Assembly: GCA_030867685.1 (NCBI GenBank)
Contig: JAQOWU010000001.1
Location: 372,001 to 436,000, forward strand
DNA from: Wickerhamiella versatilis
Lineage: Eukaryota
Direction: 5' to 3'
Length of the DNA: 64,000 nucleotides
In this document: positions 18,012 through 27,862 of the stretch, in pieces
Layout: each line of letters begins with the position of its first letter
How positions within the stretch are numbered: the stretch's first letter is position 1
Notes under the pieces: generated by a model
Databases searched by the model: none
The model's input: only the letters and a program-made list of their open reading frames with translations
What the model was told of the DNA's origin: nothing
Program-made: the position numbers and the translations under genes

Positions 18012-21000
18012 CTACGATCTTGCATGATGATGATGATGATCATGCCCTCGTCGCTTTTTGGAAGCATTCTTTTTCAGGCGTTTTCGCGCCGCCAGTTCTG
18101 GGTTGGTAACAGCTAAAACAGACCGCTTTGTCCGGCGCTCTTGTCTGAGATCGTCAACCAAACGCTTGGCCTGAGTGTAATGATGCAAATATACAGGAGT
18201 GCCAAGTCTTTGATCCCATACCTGCAAAGCTTCCACTGCTAGAGAATGAAGTTCCGGCAGAGTATTTTCGGCCTCAAGGCCATCTGCCACAACTAAAAGA
18301 GCTCGGATAGCCTCGCCAGCGACCTCTTTAGCAGTCTCATCGGATATGGTGTTAGAGAGTGCAGCAAGTGCTTGGATTGCAGCTGTTTTAGAGCCAGCGA
18401 GATCCTTGTCAGTCACATGATGTCTGCACATTCCCGATAATCGCGAAATTACTTGTGATGCAGTCGAAGGCTCGTTACGCACAACGTATACCAAATTCTT
18501 TACCAGTTGAATGCCATCTGCTGAAGGCAACAATGGCGCACCAATCATCCGCAGGAACTTTCGTCCGAGCACCGCTAAATCCTCTTTCCACCCATCCTTG
18601 AATGCCTGCCCAGCCATTCGTGCGGCTTGTGCACGCACCCATGGATGTGGAAATAATAACGCATGTTGCACATACTCAAGAGGTGGACTCTTCGCAACAG
18701 CTTTGAGGGCAAAGTATACGAGCTGCCAGTCGACAAGAGCATCGGATGATTTCATCGCTTTCGTTAGAACGTTACAAGCAGTATTACGGATATCGGAAGC
18801 CAGATCTGGCACTACTGTCGATACTAGATCGTAAACTTCTAGAGCACCGCGCACTAGAAGATCGCTCCCTGACAGCCACCTGCGAATGAGTTTGCTCACT
18901 TCGACGGCATCCCGCTTGGAGATCTTGCGGACAAGATCCGCTGCCGCATCCCGACAATCGCGTTCCTCGTCATTTACCAGAACATGTACGGCTTCAATAA
19001 AATAAGATTTAAGCACAGCATCTAGCCGATCATCTGCTACCTTCTCAAGTAGAGTCGAAACCATTTCGATTGCACTGAGCCTTCCAGCAGGATATTTATA
19101 ACGAAAGTTAGCCCCGAGCTGTTCATAGCATTTCTGGAGTCTGTGCGATCCATGCGGATACGTTGTTAAGAACTGAAGGAATGCTGCGCGGGCAGACGAA
19201 CGGATCACACCGGACCCGTTTGTAACCATAGATTGTGCAATCGAGTCCATGACATCGTAGACTTCCGGGATCAAGATTTTTCGGGATAGCACTGCACGTA
19301 CGTAACCATAAGCACCTGCCTGTTGATTAGGTTCGTCCAGCTCTGGTTGAACCACCTTCAAAACAAAGGCCACAGCCTCCGGTCGTATTTCTAGATCGGG
19401 TCTATGGCGAAGTAATGTGGAAAGCAGACGTAGCGCAGCCTGGGAAAGTTCACCAGTTGCACTCTGTTCTAGGACGCCCATAGCCCTTTGAGATGCCGCA
19501 GCTGCAAGTTCCGCTGTTTCAGAAAGTTCGTAGCGCAAGCAAGGAGAGGACAGCTTCAGCGCTGCCTCTGCAACTGGCTCAAAAGGAGACTGCACACCTT
19601 GAACCAAAATAGGGGAAAGACCTTTGATATTAGCCACGCTTAGATCACCCACTCGTTGGATACATGTCAGAACAAATGCTTGTATAAGGTGCAATTGATA
19701 TGGAAATTTTCGTTTCTGCACTGGAACTTCTACTAAAAAGTAGCGTTCGTGCTCACGACGCTTTTGATCCAATACTTTTTCTGCATCAGTAGCATTGTTT
19801 TCTGTTGATGGCTGCTCTTGCTCACAGCTTTGATGAAGATGCCAAAGCATCACCAGAGCATCCTGAGAATTAGCTTGAACATTGGACTTTAATCCTGATG
19901 CAACCCTTACAAGCAGCTCATTGATTTTTCGTTCCGTACGACTTGATAACGGATGTTCGAGTAAAAATCGCTTAATGGGTCCAATGATCAAGTGTACAGA
20001 TCCAAGAGAGACGTGGCGAGCAAGAATTTCAGCCATTACTGGACCCGGTCTTTGCTTTACTTCCTTGGCTTGAGAATGATATCCAGAAGCATCTTTTTCC
20101 TCACCTGTATCTCCAACAACATCATCAAGTATTATAGTTGTAACCAAAGAGGCTACCGAGTCAAGGTCTGTTGGGCCCAGTACAACCTCCTTAAGGAGAA
20201 CCGATACCGTGTAGCTAAGTACATGACGCTGAGAGCCACTAAAAAGTGCTGAGCGAAGCTCCAAGAGAACAAATGGTAGGAACTTTGCACCTGCCGCTTT
20301 AGATATACGAACAAGCGTCATCCGAGCTTGTTCTCTCAGCTCCGGTGTGCGCGATCGGAGCATTTGGCATAGCTCAGTAAGTCGCGATGGTAGCTCGCGT
20401 TCAATAGTGGCAGAATCGAGAGCAAGAATGGCATGTGCAATCGGAAGGGCCACAGGAATACGTTCGGGTAAGTTTTGGTTCTCGTTAGATCTTATAAGAA
20501 GGAGTTTGTGCAGTGGCTTTACAACATCCTCAATCACCCAAGATCCTCTTCCCTCGAACGATACTGCAGACATTATCCGTACTGGTTTACGCAAAGTCTG
20601 AGGGGATTTCACGATTTGCTGGACGTATCGCTTCACCACAGCCCTAAATTGGTTTTCAGTGAGCACCGCAGTTAACGCATGAACCGCCTGAAGAGCATCA
20701 TCGGCTAGATTGTTCAATTCACCATCTTTATTACCTGTCAGCTTAACGAAAGGCTCAACAATTGGGAGTAAGAAGTGAGCCGAAGCTTCAGCGACTTCAG
20801 ATGCGATTTCAGCTAATCTTCGAACGGCACGACGTCTACGATGAATTTGGATGTGATTGATATTTATGAAGAAGTTTGCCTCTTCGTCTCCCTTCATGAG
20901 GAGAGGTTCAAGAGACTTTAGACGTCCTGCTTCCGCAAACGTTCCTAGCAGTTCAATCCAAGATGGTCTAAACAGATCTTCGTCACGCAAACCAAGTCGA

Positions 21001-24000
21001 ACCGCTGGTAAGACTATATCATCATCAAGACCACGTTTAACGTACCGCTGCAAAGTATACAGTGCATGCTGACGGATAGCCATTTCTTCAGGGTCACGCA
21101 TACTAAATAATAAGCAATTAAGTATAGGCTTCCATTCCTGTTTGGACCATTCTCCATCAGTTACTTCCTGGAAAGCCTTTAATCGCTTGTCAAAATCCGG
21201 GGCTCCAAGTCTATTGTTGTCAAAAGCGGTTAAGTCTGAGAGCACTGGTCCTACGTTTCCACCGATTGTTAGGAAACATTCACTTAACGCAACTCGTGCA
21301 CGAGGGTCAGAAATTCGCCACAATGGACTCAGTATATCAAAAGCATCTTTCTTCTGGGAATCTGTTGCTCCAGGAAGCACCTTGGCCAGCGACTGAAGCA
21401 GAGGTACTCGGCCCAAACGAGTGTGCTGCAAACCCGCCAGAAGCGCATTAGTGAGTTCCTCCGATTCCTTAGGAGCTTCTAATTTCAAAAGCCAATCCAA
21501 TGCCGGAGAGAAACTCGACTTTAAAAGAGGTGGAACGGCCGACAAAACTTGAGAGTATGCTTGAGGTAGTGGACCCAAAACTTTAAGAGCTTCGACAATC
21601 ACAGCAGGCTTACTTTCCACCACAAGACAATCAGAAAAAGCATCAACAATTTCCTGGTCTATTAAAGAGGGAGCAGCCGAGCTCACGGACTCCATCAGAA
21701 ACATAATGTGCGAAGGTTGTTCACGGTTTTTAGGCCCAAAGTTAGGCAGTTGTGTGGCAATCAAAGATTCCCGAATTTGATCCCAGTAGAGCAACGTCTT
21801 CTTAGGTGCGTAGTTAATTAGCGTTGAAAGTGCTTTTGCAGTCGTTTGTCTCAAGGCCTTACTTGTATCATTAGGGTTCAGTCGGAGTAGAGCAGGCACC
21901 ACCTCATTCACAAGTGATGCAGAAAAAGAACCTAGTTCAGATGCAAGGTCAGATACTAATGTCGCAAATCCAAGTTGTTTTCGCGCATCCGGCTGATCAG
22001 GTACTGAAATTTGGCCGAACATTCTGATAGCCTCCGAACCTAGGCTTATGAGTGAGCTTAAAGCAGTACGACCTTTTTGTGCTATTTGAGATTTTCCAAA
22101 TAATATACGCACAATATAAGGCAACACAAGTTGCCACTGATCTTCATGAAGCCAATCACTTATTGTTGCAAGTTCATCAGTTGAGCCCTCAATGAGAGAC
22201 TCAAGATGTTTCTTGAAATTTTTAAGGCGCTTGTTCGAGCTCAATATGCAATCTAAAGCCAATTTTTGCAAAGGTACGTGCTTACTTCCCAAGAACCACA
22301 AATAGCGGGTCACGACATCTGATGAGTGTTGCTTGAATTCACGGAACAAAGCTAGTAAGGCCAGAGTATCCGTAAAAGAATTTTCGCTGAGTATTAGTGG
22401 TTCCAGAACGCTGATTTTCCTCTCGGCTACAGATGGAGCCTGGCATAGAGCACGAAGTCCTATTGACCTCATGTCTTCTCGTGAATCAATGTGGACAGCG
22501 GCATTTGCTTCAATACGCAACGAGTTAATAGAATCGTCTGTCCAGACATTTTTCGTCACATCACACACCCTATTTAGCTGGGGACAGTTGTATTCAGGAA
22601 ACTCAGAAGAATTCTCTGGCAAAGTGTCAAAGATCAAATTGTTATCGACTTCATCCTTAGAGAAGATACACTTTAAGGACATTTCCAAGAAAAGATCGGG
22701 TTTATACCGAGCCACTGTCTTCAAAGCTTCCATCGCCGAGTCACCTACTGGCTTAAACCGTGAGCCAGAGAGGCCAAAAAGAAAACGAGACAACACGTAT
22801 TCAGCAGTAGCATCAGATTGAGGCCACTCGTCCACAAGTCTATTGATCCGCTGTACCAGACTACGCGAATTTTCAATGGTATGCTCCAGACTATCTATAC
22901 CTTGGGCACGCTCAGCATAAGAGTTCTCAACTAGACGTAGGGCAGCCCGCCGCAATCGCTGATCAAAACTACTGAGGCATAACGACAACCATTCAAGAGA
23001 AGGTTGTCCAGGCTCTAGAGAGTCGAGAAGAGACAATGTTGGTGGCAAGTGGCTAACTTGAGCAAATCTAAGGTGACCAACTTTACCTGCGAGATCAGAT
23101 GCCAATAATGCTGGTGTACGATAAATAAACTGATCTATTTCGGCTCCACCCCAAGCACAGTGATGCCACCACTGGTCAAACAAGTCCTCAGCTTTCCAAG
23201 TGACACCATGCACTTTACGACTTGTACGAATAAGTAGTAGAGCGCTTCGGGGTGACATGTCAAGTTTCGCCAGAGGTAACAGTGTGTCAAAGTTAGAAAC
23301 ATTAAGATTTGCGACAATTTCTAAAATCGCTGGAACTTCAGATGGAGGTATTGAGGGGAAATTTTTTACTGCTGTAACCACATCAGCACGCGCAAGTAAT
23401 GCACCATATGTTGCAACTAATAAAGGTGAGACTTTTTCAGGGGTAAATTTCGCCGCGTAGTCAAAAAGTTGAGTCCATTCAGTGACACGATCGCCTTTTC
23501 GCAGTCCAGCTGCTACAAGCACACCTTCGAGTCCTATATTTGATTCACATAAAACATTTAATATTTGTTGAGCCTGATCACCACGACGGACATGATGCAA
23601 AATCTCTACCAAAACACGTATGCTAAGTTCAATGGGTGCCAATCTGAATATTTCATTCAATATTTTGGGCGCCTTCGAATGTAGTGTCTGCCCAGGACCC
23701 TTAAGGGTGTCGGCAAGTAAGAGAGCAGCTGATGGCACGTAACCATTATCTTTGGCGTCGTTAGCAATATAGCTAATAATTTCTGTAAGAGGTAGGTCTC
23801 GAGATCGACGAATTAAAAACGCCAGACTCTCAGCTGCGAACCGCATCACGAATCCACGTTGCTTCTTGGCGCGCCCAAATAATGGGGCTATCAGTGAATA
23901 TGTCGGTACAAGGTTTGTGGTGATCAGTCTGGATAGGTATTTCAACAGATGTGCGAGACAATTAAAGATTTGCTCTACGAGTTGTAATCTTTCATCACCT

Positions 24001-24425
24001 TTAGAAGCTTCTTCGATAACCTCTACTAGCACTCTCAAAGTTTCAGCATAGTAAGGCTCGAAATCTTCTCCCAAATCGCGAGCAAAACAAACCAAAAGAT
24101 CTAGCAGTGCGTCACCACTATAAATTTCTGATGGTAACTTCTGTATATGATCCAATAATTCACGGCACAAGAATTGCCGATTATGAAGCACCATTGGCAG
24201 TGATTGGGCCTCATTTGAAACCTTCCCGAGAAAATCGGTGAAATTAGTGGACATGTTGAGTTCCAACCACTTATGCAAAGAACCCACAAAAAGAGAGTTA
24301 GCTTCTGGCAAGACATCTCGAGCTATACCACGTTTGCTTCGATGGATAGGATCGATCTTGATGAGACTAATTCTCTCTGAGAAAGGCAAGAATGCATGTT
24401 TTCGACGCTCACCTGTCTTTCGCAT
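18012..24425 (-). CDS. UTP20: SSU processome HEAT-repeat protein Utp20
   Basis: N-terminal HAFLPFSERISLIKIDP, WLELNMSTNF, QSLPMVLH, DEEANFFININHIQIHRRRRA, C-terminal RQERRTKR...NPELAARKR. Confidence 0.95.
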   Translation of the reverse strand: MRKTGERRKHAFLPFSERISLIKIDPIHRSKRGIARDVLPEANSLFVGSLHKWLELNMSTNFTDFLGKVSNEAQSLPMVLHNRQFLCRELLDHIQKLPSEIYSGDALLDLLVCFARDLGEDFEPYYAETLRVLVEVIEEASKGDERLQLVEQIFNCLAHLLKYLSRLITTNLVPTYSLIAPLFGRAKKQRGFVMRFAAESLAFLIRRSRDLPLTEIISYIANDAKDNGYVPSAALLLADTLKGPGQTLHSKAPKILNEIFRLAPIELSIRVLVEILHHVRRGDQAQQILNVLCESNIGLEGVLVAAGLRKGDRVTEWTQLFDYAAKFTPEKVSPLLVATYGALLARADVVTAVKNFPSIPPSEVPAILEIVANLNVSNFDTLLPLAKLDMSPRSALLLIRTSRKVHGVTWKAEDLFDQWWHHCAWGGAEIDQFIYRTPALLASDLAGKVGHLRFAQVSHLPPTLSLLDSLEPGQPSLEWLSLCLSSFDQRLRRAALRLVENSYAERAQGIDSLEHTIENSRSLVQRINRLVDEWPQSDATAEYVLSRFLFGLSGSRFKPVGDSAMEALKTVARYKPDLFLEMSLKCIFSKDEVDNNLIFDTLPENSSEFPEYNCPQLNRVCDVTKNVWTDDSINSLRIEANAAVHIDSREDMRSIGLRALCQAPSVAERKISVLEPLILSENSFTDTLALLALFREFKQHSSDVVTRYLWFLGSKHVPLQKLALDCILSSNKRLKNFKKHLESLIEGSTDELATISDWLHEDQWQLVLPYIVRILFGKSQIAQKGRTALSSLISLGSEAIRMFGQISVPDQPDARKQLGFATLVSDLASELGSFSASLVNEVVPALLRLNPNDTSKALRQTTAKALSTLINYAPKKTLLYWDQIRESLIATQLPNFGPKNREQPSHIMFLMESVSSAAPSLIDQEIVDAFSDCLVVESKPAVIVEALKVLGPLPQAYSQVLSAVPPLLKSSFSPALDWLLKLEAPKESEELTNALLAGLQHTRLGRVPLLQSLAKVLPGATDSQKKDAFDILSPLWRISDPRARVALSECFLTIGGNVGPVLSDLTAFDNNRLGAPDFDKRLKAFQEVTDGEWSKQEWKPILNCLLFSMRDPEEMAIRQHALYTLQRYVKRGLDDDIVLPAVRLGLRDEDLFRPSWIELLGTFAEAGRLKSLEPLLMKGDEEANFFININHIQIHRRRRAVRRLAEIASEVAEASAHFLLPIVEPFVKLTGNKDGELNNLADDALQAVHALTAVLTENQFRAVVKRYVQQIVKSPQTLRKPVRIMSAVSFEGRGSWVIEDVVKPLHKLLLIRSNENQNLPERIPVALPIAHAILALDSATIERELPSRLTELCQMLRSRTPELREQARMTLVRISKAAGAKFLPFVLLELRSALFSGSQRHVLSYTVSVLLKEVVLGPTDLDSVASLVTTIILDDVVGDTGEEKDASGYHSQAKEVKQRPGPVMAEILARHVSLGSVHLIIGPIKRFLLEHPLSSRTERKINELLVRVASGLKSNVQANSQDALVMLWHLHQSCEQEQPSTENNATDAEKVLDQKRREHERYFLVEVPVQKRKFPYQLHLIQAFVLTCIQRVGDLSVANIKGLSPILVQGVQSPFEPVAEAALKLSSPCLRYELSETAELAAAASQRAMGVLEQSATGELSQAALRLLSTLLRHRPDLEIRPEAVAFVLKVVQPELDEPNQQAGAYGYVRAVLSRKILIPEVYDVMDSIAQSMVTNGSGVIRSSARAAFLQFLTTYPHGSHRLQKCYEQLGANFRYKYPAGRLSAIEMVSTLLEKVADDRLDAVLKSYFIEAVHVLVNDEERDCRDAAADLVRKISKRDAVEVSKLIRRWLSGSDLLVRGALEVYDLVSTVVPDLASDIRNTACNVLTKAMKSSDALVDWQLVYFALKAVAKSPPLEYVQHALLFPHPWVRAQAARMAGQAFKDGWKEDLAVLGRKFLRMIGAPLLPSADGIQLVKNLVYVVRNEPSTASQVISRLSGMCRHHVTDKDLAGSKTAAIQALAALSNTISDETAKEVAGEAIRALLVVADGLEAENTLPELHSLAVEALQVWDQRLGTPVYLHHYTQAKRLVDDLRQERRTKRSVLAVTNPELAARKRLKKNASKKRRGHDHHHHHARS

Positions 24426-24445
24426 ATCTTTCCTCCAACGTTAAA

Positions 24446-24456
24446 GAAAAAATTTT
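24446..24456. promoter_or_regulatory. RRPE-like element in the 69-bp UTP20/BCP1 divergent promoter
   Basis: GAAAAAATTTT between two ribosome-biogenesis genes. Confidence 0.65.
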
Positions 24457-24494
24457 AGTCATCACAGCGGGACCACTTGTAACTTTTATTGTCC

Positions 24495-25307
24495 ATGGCA
24501 CCGTCCTCAAAATCTCACAAGCGCTCAGCACCAGATAATGATGAAATAGACATGGAAGATGTCGATGTCGTAAATGTGGACTTTGACTTTTTTGACTTTG
24601 TTGACGATGATTTCCTCTCAATAAAAAATCTTCTCCGTCAACTAATATCTCTTGACTCAACTAAGTTCAACCTGAGCGACTTAACGCAAATTGTGCTCGA
24701 TTCAAAAAGCGGATCAGCTATCAAAGCCGATGATGAGGAGTACAATGACGTGTTGGCAATGCTTGCCCTTGTGAAATACGACCCGACAAAACCAGTCCTA
24801 AAGGAACTTGGAGACTATTGGATTGAACGGAGTGCCGAAAATATTGATGTACAGAAGTCCTTACGGAAAGCCTTTAAGGGTAATTCAGCAATTCTACTAA
24901 GTGAGCGCATGCTCAATATGCCGCTTGAAATAGTGTATCCTCTTTACAAACTATTGTACGACGAATTGGCGCAAAGCCAGCACACTTACGACTATATTGT
25001 CATCCCATCGCGCTTGTATAGTGAAAAAGAGCCAAAGGCCCACGCCAGAGAACATCGTGCGGCAAAAAAAGGTACTGGAACTCGTCAAGAGGAGCTGCTG
25101 CCTTTCCATCCAGAGGATAATATAATTGGGGACATCGCAAGCGCAAAAGGAAGCTTTACATTCGTTACTCCGATTGAGGAAACAGATTCTCGAAGGGCAT
25201 TTCAAGACTATGGTATTTACCCTTACGGTTCCATTACGGTCCTACCTTTTTCCAAACTGTCAAAGCTGACCGAAGCTCTAGAAAAGTTGCCAGAAATCGC
25301 ACTATAG
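24495..25307 (+). CDS. BCP1: 60S biogenesis chaperone Bcp1 (BCCIP family)
   Basis: VNVDFDFFD, IKNLLRQL, LLSERMLNMP, PFHPED, DSRRAFQDYGIYP. First ATG is 24495. Confidence 0.93.
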   Translation: MAPSSKSHKRSAPDNDEIDMEDVDVVNVDFDFFDFVDDDFLSIKNLLRQLISLDSTKFNLSDLTQIVLDSKSGSAIKADDEEYNDVLAMLALVKYDPTKPVLKELGDYWIERSAENIDVQKSLRKAFKGNSAILLSERMLNMPLEIVYPLYKLLYDELAQSQHTYDYIVIPSRLYSEKEPKAHAREHRAAKKGTGTRQEELLPFHPEDNIIGDIASAKGSFTFVTPIEETDSRRAFQDYGIYPYGSITVLPFSKLSKLTEALEKLPEIAL

Positions 25308-25340
25308 GAGACTTAGAGCCATTATTATTTAATATTGTAT

Positions 25341-25967
25341 TTACATTGTTGTCGACCGGTCAAACCTTAGCACAGTAAGTATCTCCCAGCCGGCTCTTCG
25401 AGTCCCTAGATCAGTGACACTCCAACCCGCGGCAGTCATTCTCGCCATGACATCTTTAGGCCGATTACTGGCACAAAAAAGTATATATGCGCTCCCACCT
25501 GGGGCTAACCAGTATTTCAAGCCTTCGAGAACAAGCGATGTTATTTCCATGCCATCATCCCCACCATCCAATGCAAGATCCAGCCACCTATTATCGACAT
25601 CACTGCTGGGTCTAGAAGGTACTTCCATGGTTGGAACATACGGTGGATTGAAAATGAGAATATCCACGGAGTTCGGCCGCAGGCAGGTCATCAATGAAGC
25701 CCTGATAGGTTCTATGGCAGAGCAGGTTTTAGAAGTCGTCTCACAAGCTGCTAGGTTTATATCCGTGGCAAAAAACAAGGCTTTTGGTAGCATTGAATGC
25801 GCAAATGCTGATAACACACCTGAACCACTACCGATTTCTACCACAACAGGCGATACGAAACTCTGTAAATGAGTCTCATCCACCTCAAGACAGTCTATGA
25901 GGAAAAATGAATCCTCACACGGCTCATACACCTGTGGATGCAGAGCGTAGTGCGGGGTTGGCTTCAT
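25341..25967 (-). CDS. MTQ2: eRF1 glutamine methyltransferase Mtq2 (HemK2/N6AMT1)
   Basis: MKPTP, VYEPCEDSF, EIGSGSG, TDIN, FNPPYVP, ALDGGDDG, RRAGWEIL. Confidence 0.93.
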   Translation of the reverse strand: MKPTPHYALHPQVYEPCEDSFFLIDCLEVDETHLQSFVSPVVVEIGSGSGVLSAFAHSMLPKALFFATDINLAACETTSKTCSAIEPIRASLMTCLRPNSVDILIFNPPYVPTMEVPSRPSSDVDNRWLDLALDGGDDGMEITSLVLEGLKYWLAPGGSAYILFCASNRPKDVMARMTAAGWSVTDLGTRRAGWEILTVLRFDRSTTM

Positions 25968-26102
25968 TTCATTGCAGGTGCTGAGTCACGTGCAATAGTA
26001 TTTTTTTTCCTATACCAGGAAAAGAGATTATTTATATGACCTTGGTCTCTTGGAATTAAAAATTAAGGAATTAACACATATAGGCAAGAATAATAAAATG
26101 CT

Positions 26103-27398
26103 TTATATAATGCCAGCCCATCTCATGTTTTCATAGAGAATCATGTCAGTAACTGCTGAAACAACAAATTTCATACTAGTTGTGTCCGTAGCCATAGTGC
26201 GATGAATGTATAGGTTTCGCCCATTACTCTTAAATCTTGAGCGAAATAGGCTTTCCAAGTACTTTAGTACCTCCTGAGGGTTTCTATCATCACCTTTGTA
26301 TCCGCGCACATATTTGCTGAATGGAGCTATCTGAAGTTTCTTCTCAAGAATATCCACCTTGTTAAAAAATAGAGTGACAGACTTACCTCGAAACCACCGG
26401 GAATTGACTGTCTGCTCAAATACCACCAGGGCTTCCTGCAAGCGGTTCACTTTCCTATCCTCGAGTAAGGCTTGGTCATATTCAGATGCAGCTACGACAA
26501 AAAGTATGCAAGTTACATCATCGAAGCCATGAAGCCAATTTCTGCGCTCAACACGCTGCCCGCCTACATCCATTACAACTAAGGGCGTACCTTTAATGTC
26601 AAATGATGTAGTTACAATTCCAGCGGTCTTGATACGTGCTCGCATTATGTCGTCATCGCTCACTATGTATTCAGGATCCATCAATTCCCGAACCTTGTCT
26701 AAGAAATAAGCCGCGTTCGTCTCAAGGCCCAATCGGTTTGCAGCAACTCGCTGTTTTATCTCTATCGGGCAGGCCTTCCATAGTGAATGCACCGCTCGGC
26801 CAATTGAGTACCGGTTCAATTCAATATCCTCTGGTGGTTTACACTGAGGTAGCTGGTTTTCTAAGTCATCATCATCACCTTCTTCGAAAGTATTCGTATG
26901 AGTTCGGAGAAACATTCGTACATCTTCCTGTCCTTCGCTGGCCAGAAGGGCCTCTCGAGTGAGATTCAATGATAGAAGCAATTGCTTGCATGTTCTCAAG
27001 TGCAAATTAGCCTCGTCCCATCCATAATACGGGTTTGACTCTCCATAGAAAGAAACCAGCCTAATTAGCAGACGCATTGCTCGTAAAGTTTCAAACCATA
27101 CCAATTTGGCACATTGAAATCTCTCAAAATCACTGAAACTAGAGCCATAGCTTACACGCATCTGTTTAAGAACGGTCGATTTACCGCTCTCCCCGGTGCC
27201 TAAAAAAAGGGCAGTGTGAACTGGTTGGGATTGTGCTTTCTGTAGTTGCCTCTGGGCCTCATAATTCAATTTTGAAAGTATGCGCTTTCTTTTTGCAGCA
27301 TCTCGCTGCCAATCATTCCCACCGTCCTTTTCCAAAGAAGGCCATACGTCTGCTTCAACACTGATTTCACGCAAAGACTTGCTGGTAGCGCAGCCCAT
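26103..27398 (-). CDS. GPA1: Heterotrimeric G-protein alpha subunit, Gpa1-like, divergent
   Basis: MGCATS acylation start (ATG 27398), GTGESGKST, RIKTAGI, DVGGQR, FFNKVD, TMATDT, C-terminal AGII. Confidence 0.82.
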   Translation of the reverse strand: MGCATSKSLREISVEADVWPSLEKDGGNDWQRDAAKRKRILSKLNYEAQRQLQKAQSQPVHTALFLGTGESGKSTVLKQMRVSYGSSFSDFERFQCAKLVWFETLRAMRLLIRLVSFYGESNPYYGWDEANLHLRTCKQLLLSLNLTREALLASEGQEDVRMFLRTHTNTFEEGDDDDLENQLPQCKPPEDIELNRYSIGRAVHSLWKACPIEIKQRVAANRLGLETNAAYFLDKVRELMDPEYIVSDDDIMRARIKTAGIVTTSFDIKGTPLVVMDVGGQRVERRNWLHGFDDVTCILFVVAASEYDQALLEDRKVNRLQEALVVFEQTVNSRWFRGKSVTLFFNKVDILEKKLQIAPFSKYVRGYKGDDRNPQEVLKYLESLFRSRFKSNGRNLYIHRTMATDTTSMKFVVSAVTDMILYENMRWAGII

Positions 27399-27862
27399 AG
27401 TATGTATGTGCCTACGATAGTGCGTAAGCACATCTGCAGCAGACAACTGCGACGATGAATGATCCGCAACTAGACTTAGAGATAGTCTTTAGAAGCAATA
27501 TACGGTATATAATCACAAACGTACAATAGAAGTAAATTCCACCACTATTTATGCCAAAATTCCTTTCCAATCCTTCAAAACTGCAACGAACCATTTCGTC
27601 TATTCATAACCTAACCCTGTTACATATCTAACGGAGGGTGGTTCCAATCGAACAGCTATTTCTCTTCTCGCAATAATATGAAGTGGCACAGGAATGAGGC
27701 CGGGAAAAGACGTATTCTGGTCGACGACAAATAAGGATACACAGGCAAACTACGAAGTATAGACATCTCCTTGGTAACCACCATCGATCGTTAAATGAAA
27801 ATATCTCAAAAATAACATTATAGTTAGTTGACTTAAAATTGCATAAAAAATATCTCTTCGAT

